64,000 nucleotides of DNA. Origin: Verrucomicrobiales bacterium. Its GTDB lineage: Bacteria; Verrucomicrobiota; Verrucomicrobiia; Verrucomicrobiales; V1-33. A program made the translations under genes and the position numbers. Each line of letters begins with the position of its first letter. The first letter of the stretch is position 1. Shown here piece after piece: positions 34,282 to 43,996 of the stretch. Below the pieces are notes generated by a model, which saw only the letters and a program-made list of their open reading frames with translations, made no database searches and was not told the DNA's origin. Where the stretch lies: NCBI GenBank assembly GCA_028293125.1, contig JAQGPJ010000034.1:22465-86464 (forward strand). Direction: 5' to 3'.

Positions 34282-34929
34282 TTATTCGAAGAAGGATTTT
34301 ACACGATCAGCATCAAACCAAGTCCCAAATACATAGTCCGTGCCAACCGCCTTCCCGTGACATTGAACGCAAGTTTCCAGGCGGCCTGACTCAATCTTTG
34401 ATTTATCCTCAAAATAGAAATACTCCCAATCCCCATGATCGGGATCGAATCCCGCCGCCCGCTTCACCATGCCGCCAACACCGACGGCGGCATTCCCGCT
34501 TCCTGAAAGCAGCTTATGCTTCACAATCACCGATCCCACAGGATACAAGCTGCCTTTTTTGGGGAAAGCTTTGAAGGCTGACTCATTCATATAGATGTGG
34601 ATCAAGGAGCGGGCATGCGGACCTTTCACAATGCGTGCGGCCTGTATCTGATCCTCACTCACGGTGATGCATTGTATTGCCAGTTCATAATTGACATAAA
34701 CAGCTTTGTCCGTGACTTTAATATAACCATTATCGTAACTGGCTGCAATCTCCGCGACAGTCGGTCCGGCTCCACCATCCGCGTTGGGAGAATTTTTTCC
34801 GAGCGCTGCATTCGCGTCCTCCTGCGCGGTGAAAGCTCCGGCTTCCCCCTCCCCTCCCGCTGGCTGTTTTGAGCAGCCCGCTAAAAGAAAAGCCGCCATG
34901 GCGCAGGCAGGAATATTGAAATGGATCAT
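34282..34929 (-). CDS. Cytochrome P460-family lipoprotein
   Basis: Lipobox LLAGC, HIYMN, YPVGSVIVK, GMVKR...GDWEYF, C-terminal CVQCH, DYVF. Start uncertain (34929 or 34899). Confidence 0.8.
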   Translation of the reverse strand: MIHFNIPACAMAAFLLAGCSKQPAGGEGEAGAFTAQEDANAALGKNSPNADGGAGPTVAEIAASYDNGYIKVTDKAVYVNYELAIQCITVSEDQIQAARIVKGPHARSLIHIYMNESAFKAFPKKGSLYPVGSVIVKHKLLSGSGNAAVGVGGMVKRAAGFDPDHGDWEYFYFEDKSKIESGRLETCVQCHGKAVGTDYVFGTWFDADRVKSFFE

Positions 34930-35325
34930 CACGTCCTGGACACGGGCCCAAGGCTTGCCGTTCAAAATTCGCAACCGCATCCGGGATGCTCCAGTGCAGC
35001 CCTTTTTGTCCGGGCCGTCATCCCCGGCCAAGTGCCGTCAGCCAGTGACGCCGCTGCTGATAAAAAGGCGGCGCAGCCCCTTCATCGCCGCGCTGAACGC
35101 CCCGGCGGCTCCGATACCGAAAAACAGAATGGCGACGAACGCCAGTCACCACCGGCCGCCTCTCTCCTTCTCCAGAACCGCCTGCCAAGGGGCCTCCGGA
35201 TTCACCCGGCAGACAGTGGTCTGACCCACCGGATGCCGGCCAGCGGCGGCCTCCGCCGCTCCGCGGTTGCTGCTGGAGGTGGAACCCCGGTCAAAATCCA
35301 GCCCGCCTCACCGTCTGTCCCTGAA

Positions 35326-36192
35326 CTAAATCGAACTCCCGGACCATTTCAGCTTATCCCGGAGCACCTCGTAAAAGGAGTCCTCACGGAAAGCGATCAG
35401 CGGCACTGTCCACGGGGCTTTCCGCAGGATCACCGGCTGGTGCCGTGCCAGCGACCACGCATTGCCGCCATCCACATTGAGCAGCACCTCATCCACCGGA
35501 TCCACCGGCAGGATCTCCAAGGTGATATTATCATTCACCACAAAGGAGCGGTTGGACAGCGCATGCGGACAGATGGGTGTCAGACAGAAGACACCGGCTT
35601 CGGGATTGATGATGGGACCACCGGCGGAAAGGCTGTAGGCGGTGCTGCCGGTGGGGGTTGAGATGATGAGTCCGTCCCCGCTGTAGCGGTTGAGGAAATC
35701 CCCGTTCACCTTCACTTCGAGATGGATCAGCCGGGAAAAGGTGCCGCGCGTGACGGTGACCTCGTTCATTCCACCCTCCACATAACAGGTGCCGTCCTTG
35801 TCAGTGAACTCCGCCTGCACCAAGCCCCGGTGGGAAAGCCGGTAATCGCCTGACAGCACCGCGGTGACAAACCGGGGGATCTCCCGCTCCGTGGAGGTGG
35901 TCAGAAACCCCAGGTGGCCGGTGTTCACCGCTGCCAGCGGCTTCACGCTGGCACCCAGCAGGCGGGCAGTCCGCAAAATAGTGCCATCGCCTCCCAGCAC
36001 CACGATCACGTCGGCACCGGCGGCAAGCTCCTTCAATGAAAGCGGCTCCGGCGCACCGAGCAATCCCGCTGCGGCCTCCTCCAGAATCACTTTTGCCCCT
36101 TGGGCGGTAAAGGCATCCTGCAGACTGCGCACATGGTGTGCGGCCTCGGATTTGGTGGGGTTGGCGACAATGCCGATGACCGGGTGCTCCAT
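35326..36192 (-). CDS. nadK: NAD(+) kinase
   Basis: VLGGDGT, NTGHLGFL, MNE, GDGLIISTPTGSTAYSLSAGGP, PICPH. Confidence 0.96.
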   Translation of the reverse strand: MEHPVIGIVANPTKSEAAHHVRSLQDAFTAQGAKVILEEAAAGLLGAPEPLSLKELAAGADVIVVLGGDGTILRTARLLGASVKPLAAVNTGHLGFLTTSTEREIPRFVTAVLSGDYRLSHRGLVQAEFTDKDGTCYVEGGMNEVTVTRGTFSRLIHLEVKVNGDFLNRYSGDGLIISTPTGSTAYSLSAGGPIINPEAGVFCLTPICPHALSNRSFVVNDNITLEILPVDPVDEVLLNVDGGNAWSLARHQPVILRKAPWTVPLIAFREDSFYEVLRDKLKWSGSSI

Positions 36193-36322
36193 GCGGGAAA
36201 TGTGGGGTTGCCGTGCGCATCCCCTATGGGCGAGGGCCGGCGGACACGCCAGGGAAATCCCGGGGGCCCGCGAAATTCCATAATGCCGCCGGATGGGATC
36301 CGTGCTCCCTCCCAGCGTCCTG

Positions 36323-37480
36323 TCACCGGGGGTGAATTTCGAAATCGTCCTCCGCCAGACGGGTTTGACGGTGAATATTGAGGAGAATGCCCACCGCGGC
36401 GAGACAGGAGAAAAGATTGGAGCCCCCGTAGCTGATAAAAGGCAGCGGCATGCCTTTGTTGGGCAGGCAGCCGGTGGTCACGCCGATATTGATCGCCGCC
36501 TGTCCCACAATCAGGGAAATCAAACCGAATCCCAAAAGCTTGCCAAAGCGGTCAGGCGCCTGAATGGCGATGCCCATGCCGCACAGCCCCGCCATGGCAA
36601 ACAGGAGGAGAACGCCCGCAGTGCCCTTCAGGCCCAATTCCTCCCCCACGATGGCAAACACCGAATCCGTGTGCGGCAAAGGCAGATAATACATCTTCTG
36701 CCGGCTCTCTCCCAGCCCCTTGCCGTCCACGCCGCCGCTGCCGATGGCTATAATGGCCTGCGTCTGCTGGTAGTTCATGTCCTTGATTTCAGCCTTCAGT
36801 TTGCTGACGTCGGGATCATCGAGGTGCAGGAAGGCCGTGACGCGTGCTTTGCGGTTCTCGATCTGATTGATAGTCGCGCCCAGCAGCACGCCGCCCAGCA
36901 GCACCGCGCCCGCCATATAAACCAGCCGGGTGCCGGCCAGAAACAGGATGCCCGCGCAGGCGAGAAAGATAAGCGAGGCCGTGCCCAGATCGACTTCCCC
37001 CGCAATCAGGCCCACCGGGACAGCGATCACTCCCAGCGGATAAATGAATCCCCACAGAATGTGCTTCCGCCGGTCACGGAAACGGGTGCACCAGGCGGCC
37101 AGCCCAATAATGGCCGTGATCTTCGCCAGTTCCGAAGGCTGTCCCTGAACATTGCCCACACCCGGAATGCGGACAGCGATCCAGCGGCTGGCACCGCCCT
37201 TGGTGACACCCAGGCCAGGCACATAGCAAAGAATCAGCAGCACCACCAGCACCCAGAACACCGGCCAGGCCCAGCGCTCAAGCAGGTGATAGTCGGTGAA
37301 CGCCAGGATGCCTGCCACGCCCAGTCCCAGCATCAGCCATGCCGCCTGACGGCTCACACTGGCCATGGCGTCCGCCTGCCCCTCCAGACTGTAGGCCCCC
37401 GTGCTTTGCAGCATCACGAATCCCAGCGCTGTCAGCAGCAGCACGCTGATAACGAGAAATCCGGCAAGTCCGCGGCTCAT
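36323..37480 (-). CDS. ftsW: SEDS peptidoglycan glycosyltransferase FtsW
   Basis: GASRWI, QPSELAK, GKGLGESRQK, PHTDSVFAIVGEELG, LPNKGMPLPFISYGGS; dcw context. Confidence 0.95.
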   Translation of the reverse strand: MSRGLAGFLVISVLLLTALGFVMLQSTGAYSLEGQADAMASVSRQAAWLMLGLGVAGILAFTDYHLLERWAWPVFWVLVVLLILCYVPGLGVTKGGASRWIAVRIPGVGNVQGQPSELAKITAIIGLAAWCTRFRDRRKHILWGFIYPLGVIAVPVGLIAGEVDLGTASLIFLACAGILFLAGTRLVYMAGAVLLGGVLLGATINQIENRKARVTAFLHLDDPDVSKLKAEIKDMNYQQTQAIIAIGSGGVDGKGLGESRQKMYYLPLPHTDSVFAIVGEELGLKGTAGVLLLFAMAGLCGMGIAIQAPDRFGKLLGFGLISLIVGQAAINIGVTTGCLPNKGMPLPFISYGGSNLFSCLAAVGILLNIHRQTRLAEDDFEIHPR

Positions 37481-37506
37481 GGCTGGCTGGCTGGCTGGCT
37501 GGCTGG
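37481..37506. repeat. (GGCT)6 tetranucleotide repeat immediately 5' of the ftsW start codon
   Basis: ggctggctggctggctggctggctgg read directly; (CCAG)6CC-ATG on the coding strand. Confidence 0.9.
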
Positions 37507-37529
37507 AAAAAGGATGGCGGACGGACGGA

Positions 37530-38630
37530 TCAGTGACGGACAGTGATCTTCAGCACCTGGCCCAGCTGCAGCTTGCCGGGGTCCGAGATGTTGTTGGCCC
37601 TCATGACCTCCGACGGTGAAAGTCCGTAACGGCGGGACACATTGTAAACAGTGTCCCCCTTCTGCACAACGTGCGTGCGGCTGCCTCCGCCGCTCTGGGT
37701 GGAGGATTTGGGTTTGGAGGTGTCGGACTTTTCCTTTGTCTGTTTGGTTTTCGGCGGATGGTCCCCGTCCTCATTCACCCGGCCGGCGCGTGGGACGCTT
37801 TTCTCCCTGGCTTTCTCCTGGGTTTTCGAAGCCGTGCGCTCCAAGGGTTTGGCACTGGCGGGGGAGGACCGGGGAACGGAATCCTCCTCCACTGCATGGT
37901 CATCACGCTGGTACGGATTCTCCTGACCGGTCTTCATCGCAAACCCGCGGGCCCCGGGTGCCTGACCGTTGGTGGCGGCGAGGACAGCGACCGGGGGAGC
38001 ACCTGTGCGGGGACCGGTGCCGGGCGTGGGGGTGATCACGCGCTGGTTCGCCTGGGGAATCGTCAGATGGGTGCCGGCGCGGAACTCCATCCCGGGGTTG
38101 GCAGCCTCCAGCTCCTTCATCGTGATGCCGTATCTGGCGGCGACCAGCACCTTGCTTTCGCCCGGCAGCATGACGTGGACCTGATATTGGTTGCCACCCG
38201 TGTCCACAGGAGTGTCCTCGGAAACCTCCCCGGCACGGGGCGCTGCGGCACCGGCGGCCACAGCGGCCGCCAAGCCGGTCGGATTGGGCGCTGCAGGGTG
38301 GCTGGAATCATTGGCCGCCACCGGGCGGGCGGGCGGTGGCACCGCGCTGGCATTCGCCTGGCGGGTGGCCTGCTGCTCGGCATTCTGATCATCCTTCCCA
38401 AAGACATGGAAGGCGAACAGACCGCCGACGGCGACCAGATGCAGCACCAGCATCACGGCGAAGGCACGGGACATGCGGATCTGCGGCTGATCCGGATCCC
38501 AGTCCTCCTCATGCTGCCGCGCCAGACTGGCGGGCAGGCGGTGTCCATGGTCGCGCGCGCTGGCGGGATTCCAGATGCGGGCGGAAAGCCGGCGCAGCGT
38601 GCCGGTGATTTCGGAGGCTGATGATTTCAT
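37530..38630 (-). CDS. Membrane-anchored LysM-domain protein (two LysM domains)
   Basis: MSRAFAVMLVLHLVAVGGLFAF TM, HVMLPGES..VAARYGI, HVVQKGDTVYNVSRRYG...LQLGQVLKI; ATGA overlap with murD. Confidence 0.88.
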   Translation of the reverse strand: MKSSASEITGTLRRLSARIWNPASARDHGHRLPASLARQHEEDWDPDQPQIRMSRAFAVMLVLHLVAVGGLFAFHVFGKDDQNAEQQATRQANASAVPPPARPVAANDSSHPAAPNPTGLAAAVAAGAAAPRAGEVSEDTPVDTGGNQYQVHVMLPGESKVLVAARYGITMKELEAANPGMEFRAGTHLTIPQANQRVITPTPGTGPRTGAPPVAVLAATNGQAPGARGFAMKTGQENPYQRDDHAVEEDSVPRSSPASAKPLERTASKTQEKAREKSVPRAGRVNEDGDHPPKTKQTKEKSDTSKPKSSTQSGGGSRTHVVQKGDTVYNVSRRYGLSPSEVMRANNISDPGKLQLGQVLKITVRH

Positions 38631-39970
38631 GGCATGGTCGGCAGTTGCTGGACAATTTGGCGGAAGACATCCCCGCGGTGGGCATAGCTGGTGAACATGT
38701 CGAAGGACGATGTTCCCGGGGCGAAAAGAATGGACTGGCCGGGGGCTGCGGCGGCGAAGGCACGGCTGACCGCCTCCTCCAGACTGGCGCAGGGCACACA
38801 GGGAGCGGCGGAGGCCCAGCACTCCGCCAGGGCGGGGCCGATCTCCCCGATGGTGAAAACATGGGAGGTTTTCTCCGCGATAAGCGGCAGCGCGGGTGTG
38901 TAGTCCAGACCTTTCTGCTTGCCGCCGGCGATCAGCACCACCGGCTGCTCCTGACCGCGCAGAGCGCTTTCCATGGCGTGCGGATTTGTGGCCTTGGAGT
39001 CATTGAGGAATTCCCTTCCCTGCACCGTGCCCACAGGCTCGCAGCGGTGGGGCGGTGGCACAAAGCTGGCCAGCAGCGGCGGCAGAGTCTTCAAGGGCAC
39101 GCCCCAGGCGGTGACCGCAGCGAGAGCGGCCATGATGTTCTCGGCATTATGCCGCCCGCGCAAAGGAGTGTCCGCCAGGGTGATGACGGCGTGGCCGTGA
39201 TGCCGGATGACCCCGCTGTCATACGTCCAGTCCGTGTCCTGACGCCACGCGCTGAAGGTCACCGGCCGGGCAGCCAGAGGGGGATAGGTTTCAGCTCCGT
39301 TGATCACGGCGGTGTCGGACGGTGACTGGCGCTCAAAAATTCGAAGTTTCGCCGCGCGGTAGGCCTTCAGTGAGGGATGGCGGTCCAGATGATCGGGCGC
39401 GAAGTTCATCCACACCGAGACCCGGGGCTGGAAAGTGTCGATCAGTTCCAGCTGAAAGGAGCTGACCTCCACCGTCAGCACGTCCAGCGGGTCATCCGCC
39501 AGCACCACATCCGCCAGGGCACGGCCATAATTGCCGCAGGGCACCGTGCGCCGGCCGGAGACGTTCAGAAGGTGGGCGATGAGCCCGGTGGTGGTGGTTT
39601 TGCCATTGGTGCCGGTAATGGCGATGATGGGAACCGGACTCTGGCGGGCGGCGAACTCGATTTCACTGATGCAGGGCAACCCGGCCTCCGCCATGCGGCG
39701 GGCCAGCGGCCAGGAGGGATCAATGCCGGGACTGAGCACCGCCAGATCAAAACCGCCGCCGCCGGTGAGCGCCGCCGGGCCTGTGAAAACCGTGAATCCC
39801 TCCTCCCGCGCCGTCCTGGCCGCAGCCTCCAAACGCGTGGCCTCCCCGTCGTCCAGCAGCGTCACCTCCGCTCCCAGACGCTGCGCCAGCCGCGCCGCCG
39901 CCATGCCGCTGGTTCCCATGCCCAGGATGGCGTGGCACTGGCCGGAATATTTGGATGAGGTGGCAAGCAT
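38627..39970 (-). CDS. murD: UDP-N-acetylmuramoyl-L-alanine--D-glutamate ligase
   Basis: GMGTSG, ITGTNGKTTT, EVSSFQL, PDHLDRH, NDSKATN, SSFDMF. Confidence 0.97.
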   Translation of the reverse strand: MLATSSKYSGQCHAILGMGTSGMAAARLAQRLGAEVTLLDDGEATRLEAAARTAREEGFTVFTGPAALTGGGGFDLAVLSPGIDPSWPLARRMAEAGLPCISEIEFAARQSPVPIIAITGTNGKTTTTGLIAHLLNVSGRRTVPCGNYGRALADVVLADDPLDVLTVEVSSFQLELIDTFQPRVSVWMNFAPDHLDRHPSLKAYRAAKLRIFERQSPSDTAVINGAETYPPLAARPVTFSAWRQDTDWTYDSGVIRHHGHAVITLADTPLRGRHNAENIMAALAAVTAWGVPLKTLPPLLASFVPPPHRCEPVGTVQGREFLNDSKATNPHAMESALRGQEQPVVLIAGGKQKGLDYTPALPLIAEKTSHVFTIGEIGPALAECWASAAPCVPCASLEEAVSRAFAAAAPGQSILFAPGTSSFDMFTSYAHRGDVFRQIVQQLPTMP

Positions 39971-39977
39971 GGCGTTT

Positions 39978-41117
39978 CTAGCGGAGTTTCAGCGTGGCCA
40001 GGCCCAGCATGGCGCAGAGCAGGCTGAGGATCCAGAAGCGGACAATCACCTGGCTCTCCTTCCACCCCTTCAGCTCGAAGTGATGGTGGATCGGCGTCAT
40101 CTGGAAAAGCCGGCGCGGGGCACCGTAGATTCTGCGGGTGATCTTGAACCAGCTGACCTGCATCATCACGGACAGGGCCTCCATGACGAACACGCCGCCG
40201 GCGATCAGCAGGACGACCTCCTGCTTGCAGCAGATGGCGACCGACGCGATGCAGCCGCCGATGGCCATACTGCCGGTGTCACCCATAAAAACGCGGGCCG
40301 GATAGCAGTTGAACCACAGGAAGCCCAGGGCGGCCCCCATCAGTCCAAAGCAGACCGGCACGAGTTCGCCGGCCAGGGAGTTGTGCTCGATATTCAGATA
40401 ACCGGCGATCTTCACGTTGCCGGTGACATAGCAGAAAATGCCGTAGGCCAGGGCGGTGCTCACCGTGCAGCCGCTGGCCAGGCCATCCAGTCCGTCCGTG
40501 AGGTTCACCGCGTTGGAGCAGCCCACGATGACGACCGCGAAGAACACGACCGTCAGCCAGCCCATGTTCTGCACCTCGAACAGTTCCTTTTTGATGAAGG
40601 GAAGCTGCAGGTGCGCGAAGTAATTCTCCTGTCCCGGCAGCATGTAGAGCACGCAGCCGGCCCCGAGCCCCACCGCCCACTGCACTGCCAGCTTGCCCCG
40701 GCTGCTGACCCCCCTGGAGTTTTTCTTGCTGACCTTGAGGTAGTCATCCACATACCCCAGTGCCCCCAGACCCAGGGTCACGAAGAGCGTGATCCAAAGG
40801 AACATATTGTTCCACCGGCAGCACAGCAGCGCTGCAATCACGAGGGTGCCGATAATCAGCACGCCGCCCATGGTGGGGGTGCCGGCTTTTTTCCCGTGCA
40901 GCTCAAAGAGTTTGTTGACCTCCTCCCGGGTGCGGATGGGCTGACCCATTTTGAGGGAGATCAGCCGGCGGATCACGCGGTCGCCGAACATCACACTGAG
41001 CGTGAAGGCGATCACCAGGGCCGCAACCGCGCGGAAGGTCTGGTACTGCAGGACGTTGGTAAGCTTAGACACGAAGCCGCCCCGAGTGTCAAAAATTTCG
41101 AAGATCCAGTAAAACAT
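39978..41117 (-). CDS. mraY: Phospho-N-acetylmuramoyl-pentapeptide transferase
   Basis: KAGTPTMGG, DDYLK, NAVNLTDGLDGLA, VFMGDTGS, PIHHHFE. Confidence 0.98.
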   Translation of the reverse strand: MFYWIFEIFDTRGGFVSKLTNVLQYQTFRAVAALVIAFTLSVMFGDRVIRRLISLKMGQPIRTREEVNKLFELHGKKAGTPTMGGVLIIGTLVIAALLCCRWNNMFLWITLFVTLGLGALGYVDDYLKVSKKNSRGVSSRGKLAVQWAVGLGAGCVLYMLPGQENYFAHLQLPFIKKELFEVQNMGWLTVVFFAVVIVGCSNAVNLTDGLDGLASGCTVSTALAYGIFCYVTGNVKIAGYLNIEHNSLAGELVPVCFGLMGAALGFLWFNCYPARVFMGDTGSMAIGGCIASVAICCKQEVVLLIAGGVFVMEALSVMMQVSWFKITRRIYGAPRRLFQMTPIHHHFELKGWKESQVIVRFWILSLLCAMLGLATLKLR

Positions 41118-41120
41118 GGT

Positions 41121-42494
41121 TCAGGCGGCAGCGGATTCGATGACTTTTTCCATGGCGGCGGAGCGGCTGCCCTTGACGAGAATGAGGTCGGCGGGCGTGG
41201 CGGAAGCACGGAGCCAGGCCGCGCATTCCGTCTGGCTGGCGAAAGCGGCATGTCCGGCGGGATCAGCCCCGCTTTCCAGAAAACCGCGGCTGATCAGCCC
41301 GGCATCCCCGCCGCCCACCACGCAAAGGAAATCAATGCCCTCCCGGTTGGCGGCGGCGCCCAGCGCCAGATGCTCCGCCGGTGCGGTGGGTCCGATCTCC
41401 CCCATGCGCCCCAGCACGGCGATGCGCCGGCCTTCGCAGGCAAAGCTGAGCAGGGTGTCCAGGGCGGCGCGCATGGAGTCGGGGTTGGCGTTGTAGGTGT
41501 CGTCGATAAAAGTCAGCCCGGCGGCTTTCCGCATCTGGAGCCGGCCCTTGGTCAGGACAGCACTTTGCAGGCCGTCGGTGATGTCCTCCAGCCTCAGTCC
41601 GAAGTGCCAGCCGGCGGCGGCGGCCAGCGCGGCGTTCCCGGCCATGTGGCGGCCCGGGACGGGCAGCAGGACGGGGCCGGAGGTTCCGTCAGGAAGATGC
41701 AGGGTGAAGGCGCAGCCGGCGGCGGAGCTTTCCACATTCTCCACCCGGATGTCCCCCTGTCCCACACCGGCGGTCAGCACCGTGGCCTGGCAGCGCCGGG
41801 CGAGGCTTGGCGAGAAACGGTCATTGGCATTGAGGATCACGCAGCCGTCAGGATGCACCGCCTCGGCCAGCATGCCCTTCTCCAGCGCGATGGCCTCCTG
41901 GGTGCCCATGTATTCGAGATGGGCGGTTCCGATATTGGTGATAATGGCGGCGTCCGGACCGGCGATATCAGCCAGGGGCCCGATCTCGCCCGGATGGTTC
42001 ATGCCCAGTTCAAAAACACCCAGCATGTCACCGGCATCGGCGCTCAGCACCGTCAGCGGCAGGCCGATGTGGTTGTTCAGGTTCCCGCGGGTGGCGCACA
42101 CTTTGAAGGTGCGGGAGAGCACCGCGCTGGTCAGATCCTTGGTGGAGGTCTTGCCATTGCTGCCTGTCAGTCCCAGCACCAGCCCGCCCCATTCGCGGCG
42201 GTAGGTGGCGGCCATCATCTGCAGGGCCGCCAGGGTGTCCGGCACCCGGATGACCGCGCAGGTCTCCGGCACGCTCACCGGCTTGCTGACCAGCACCGCG
42301 GCGGCTCCGGCCTGGGCGGCCTGCCCTGCAAAATCATGGGCGTCAAACCGTTCGCCAACCAAGGCCACAAACAGCGAGCCCGGCACCAGGCCGCGCGTGT
42401 CCGTGCCCACGTGGGTGATGGCGGTGTGCGGCGGGCCCTGCACGAGCACGCCACCGGCCCATTCGGCCAGGGTGGTCAGTGTTTGAGGAATCAT
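41121..42494 (-). CDS. murF: UDP-MurNAc-tripeptide--D-Ala-D-Ala ligase
   Basis: GERFDAHDF, TGSNGKTSTK, NNHIGLPLT, ELGMNHPGEI, DDTYNANPDSM, VKGSR. Confidence 0.97.
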   Translation of the reverse strand: MIPQTLTTLAEWAGGVLVQGPPHTAITHVGTDTRGLVPGSLFVALVGERFDAHDFAGQAAQAGAAAVLVSKPVSVPETCAVIRVPDTLAALQMMAATYRREWGGLVLGLTGSNGKTSTKDLTSAVLSRTFKVCATRGNLNNHIGLPLTVLSADAGDMLGVFELGMNHPGEIGPLADIAGPDAAIITNIGTAHLEYMGTQEAIALEKGMLAEAVHPDGCVILNANDRFSPSLARRCQATVLTAGVGQGDIRVENVESSAAGCAFTLHLPDGTSGPVLLPVPGRHMAGNAALAAAAGWHFGLRLEDITDGLQSAVLTKGRLQMRKAAGLTFIDDTYNANPDSMRAALDTLLSFACEGRRIAVLGRMGEIGPTAPAEHLALGAAANREGIDFLCVVGGGDAGLISRGFLESGADPAGHAAFASQTECAAWLRASATPADLILVKGSRSAAMEKVIESAAA

Positions 42495-43981
42495 GAGCGT
42501 TCCGGAAGTGTCCAGCCGCGGAGAACCGTGCGGACGACCTGCACGTCATCAAAAGGGGTCACCACACCTTTCACGGTCTGGCCGGTCTCGTGGCCCTTGC
42601 CCGCGATGAGCACGATGTCGCCGCCGCCCGCAAGGGAGATGGCGCGTTCGATCGCATGGCGGCGGTCCGCAATGGTTTCGTGAGTGGCGCCGCGCATGCC
42701 GGAGCGGATATCCGTCAGGATCGCCTCCGGATCCTCACTGCGGGGATTGTCACTGGTGAGAATGGTGTAGCTGCTGCCGTCCTCGGAGATGGCCCCCATC
42801 TGCGGGCGCTTGCTGCGGTCGCGGTCGCCCCCGCAGCCGAACACGGTGATGATCCGGCGGGGGCCGAGATCCTTCAGCGTGCGCAAAGCGTTCTCCAAAG
42901 CGTCGGGAGTGTGGGCATAGTCCACAAAAACGCGGAAGGGCTTGTTCTCCGCCACGGACTGCATGCGGCCCGGCACCTGAGGGGCCTGGGCCAGGGCATT
43001 GACGGACTGGCGCAGATTGAGATCCATGGCCCACGCCGCCGCCAGGGCGCCGACGGCATTGTAAACGTTGAAGCGCCCGATGAAAGGGGTGCGCACCATG
43101 AAGCTTCGTCCCCGCGCCTCCAGCGTGAACGTGGTGCCCTTCATGGTGGTGGTGATCTGGGCGGCGCGGAAGTCGGCGTGCACGTTGGCGCCGAAGGTGA
43201 CGATCTTCAGTTTTCCCTCGTATTCCCGCGCCAGACGGCGGCCGGCGGTGTCATCGGTGTTCAGAATAAGGGCTGGCTTCTTAGGTCCTCCCTGCTCCAC
43301 CAGCTGGGACGCGATCAGAGCCTTGGCCTGATAGTAGTCCTCCATGGTCCCGTGATAGTCGAGGTGGTCCTGGGTGAGGTTCGTGAAGATGGCGGCGTCA
43401 AAACGGATGCTGTGCGTGCGCCTCTGCTGGAGGGCGTGCGAGCTCACCTCCATGGAGGCGGCGACGCAGCTGTTCTCCGTCATGGTGCGCAGCAGGCGCT
43501 GCAGCGTGATGCTGTCCGGCGTGGTGTGGGAGGCGGGCTCCTCCTGTCCGCCGCCGGTCAGGTATTTCACGGTGCCAATGAGACCACAGTCGCCTTTGGC
43601 CTCGTTGATGAGATGCTGAAGAATGAAGGAAGTCGTGGTTTTGCCGTTGGTGCCGGTGACTCCGGCCACCAGCATCCGGTCGGAGGGCTTGCGGTAAAAA
43701 GCGTCTGCGGCCTCGGCCAGTGCAGCCTTGGTGTCCTTCACCGTCAGCCAGGTGCCGCGGAAGTCCTCAGGCACATCCTGCTCCGCCAGAATGGCCGACG
43801 CTCCGCTGCGGATGGCGTCGGGGATAAAGCGGTGGCCGTCGGCGTGCTCTCCGCGGATCGCGGCGAAAAGCACCCCGGGTCCTGCGGTGCGGGAGTCCGC
43901 GCTCAGGGCGCGGATATCCGCTTCCAGCGGGCCGAAAGGGCGCACACGCGGGATATTGTCCAGAAGAGCAGTGAGTTTCAT
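42491..43981 (-). CDS. murE: UDP-MurNAc-dipeptide--meso-DAP ligase
   Basis: GVTGTNGKTT, MEVSSH, DHLDYH, VDYAHTPD, FGCGGDRD, DNPR, AGKGHE. Confidence 0.97.
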   Translation of the reverse strand: MKLTALLDNIPRVRPFGPLEADIRALSADSRTAGPGVLFAAIRGEHADGHRFIPDAIRSGASAILAEQDVPEDFRGTWLTVKDTKAALAEAADAFYRKPSDRMLVAGVTGTNGKTTTSFILQHLINEAKGDCGLIGTVKYLTGGGQEEPASHTTPDSITLQRLLRTMTENSCVAASMEVSSHALQQRRTHSIRFDAAIFTNLTQDHLDYHGTMEDYYQAKALIASQLVEQGGPKKPALILNTDDTAGRRLAREYEGKLKIVTFGANVHADFRAAQITTTMKGTTFTLEARGRSFMVRTPFIGRFNVYNAVGALAAAWAMDLNLRQSVNALAQAPQVPGRMQSVAENKPFRVFVDYAHTPDALENALRTLKDLGPRRIITVFGCGGDRDRSKRPQMGAISEDGSSYTILTSDNPRSEDPEAILTDIRSGMRGATHETIADRRHAIERAISLAGGGDIVLIAGKGHETGQTVKGVVTPFDDVQVVRTVLRGWTLPERS

Positions 43982-43996
43982 CAGGGGGTCGGGGTC

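Noticed and set aside
39531-42683. 1050-aa plus-strand ORF (and 42590-44242, 44270-46315)
   Set aside because: Antisense shadows of mur/mraY/ftsI genes.
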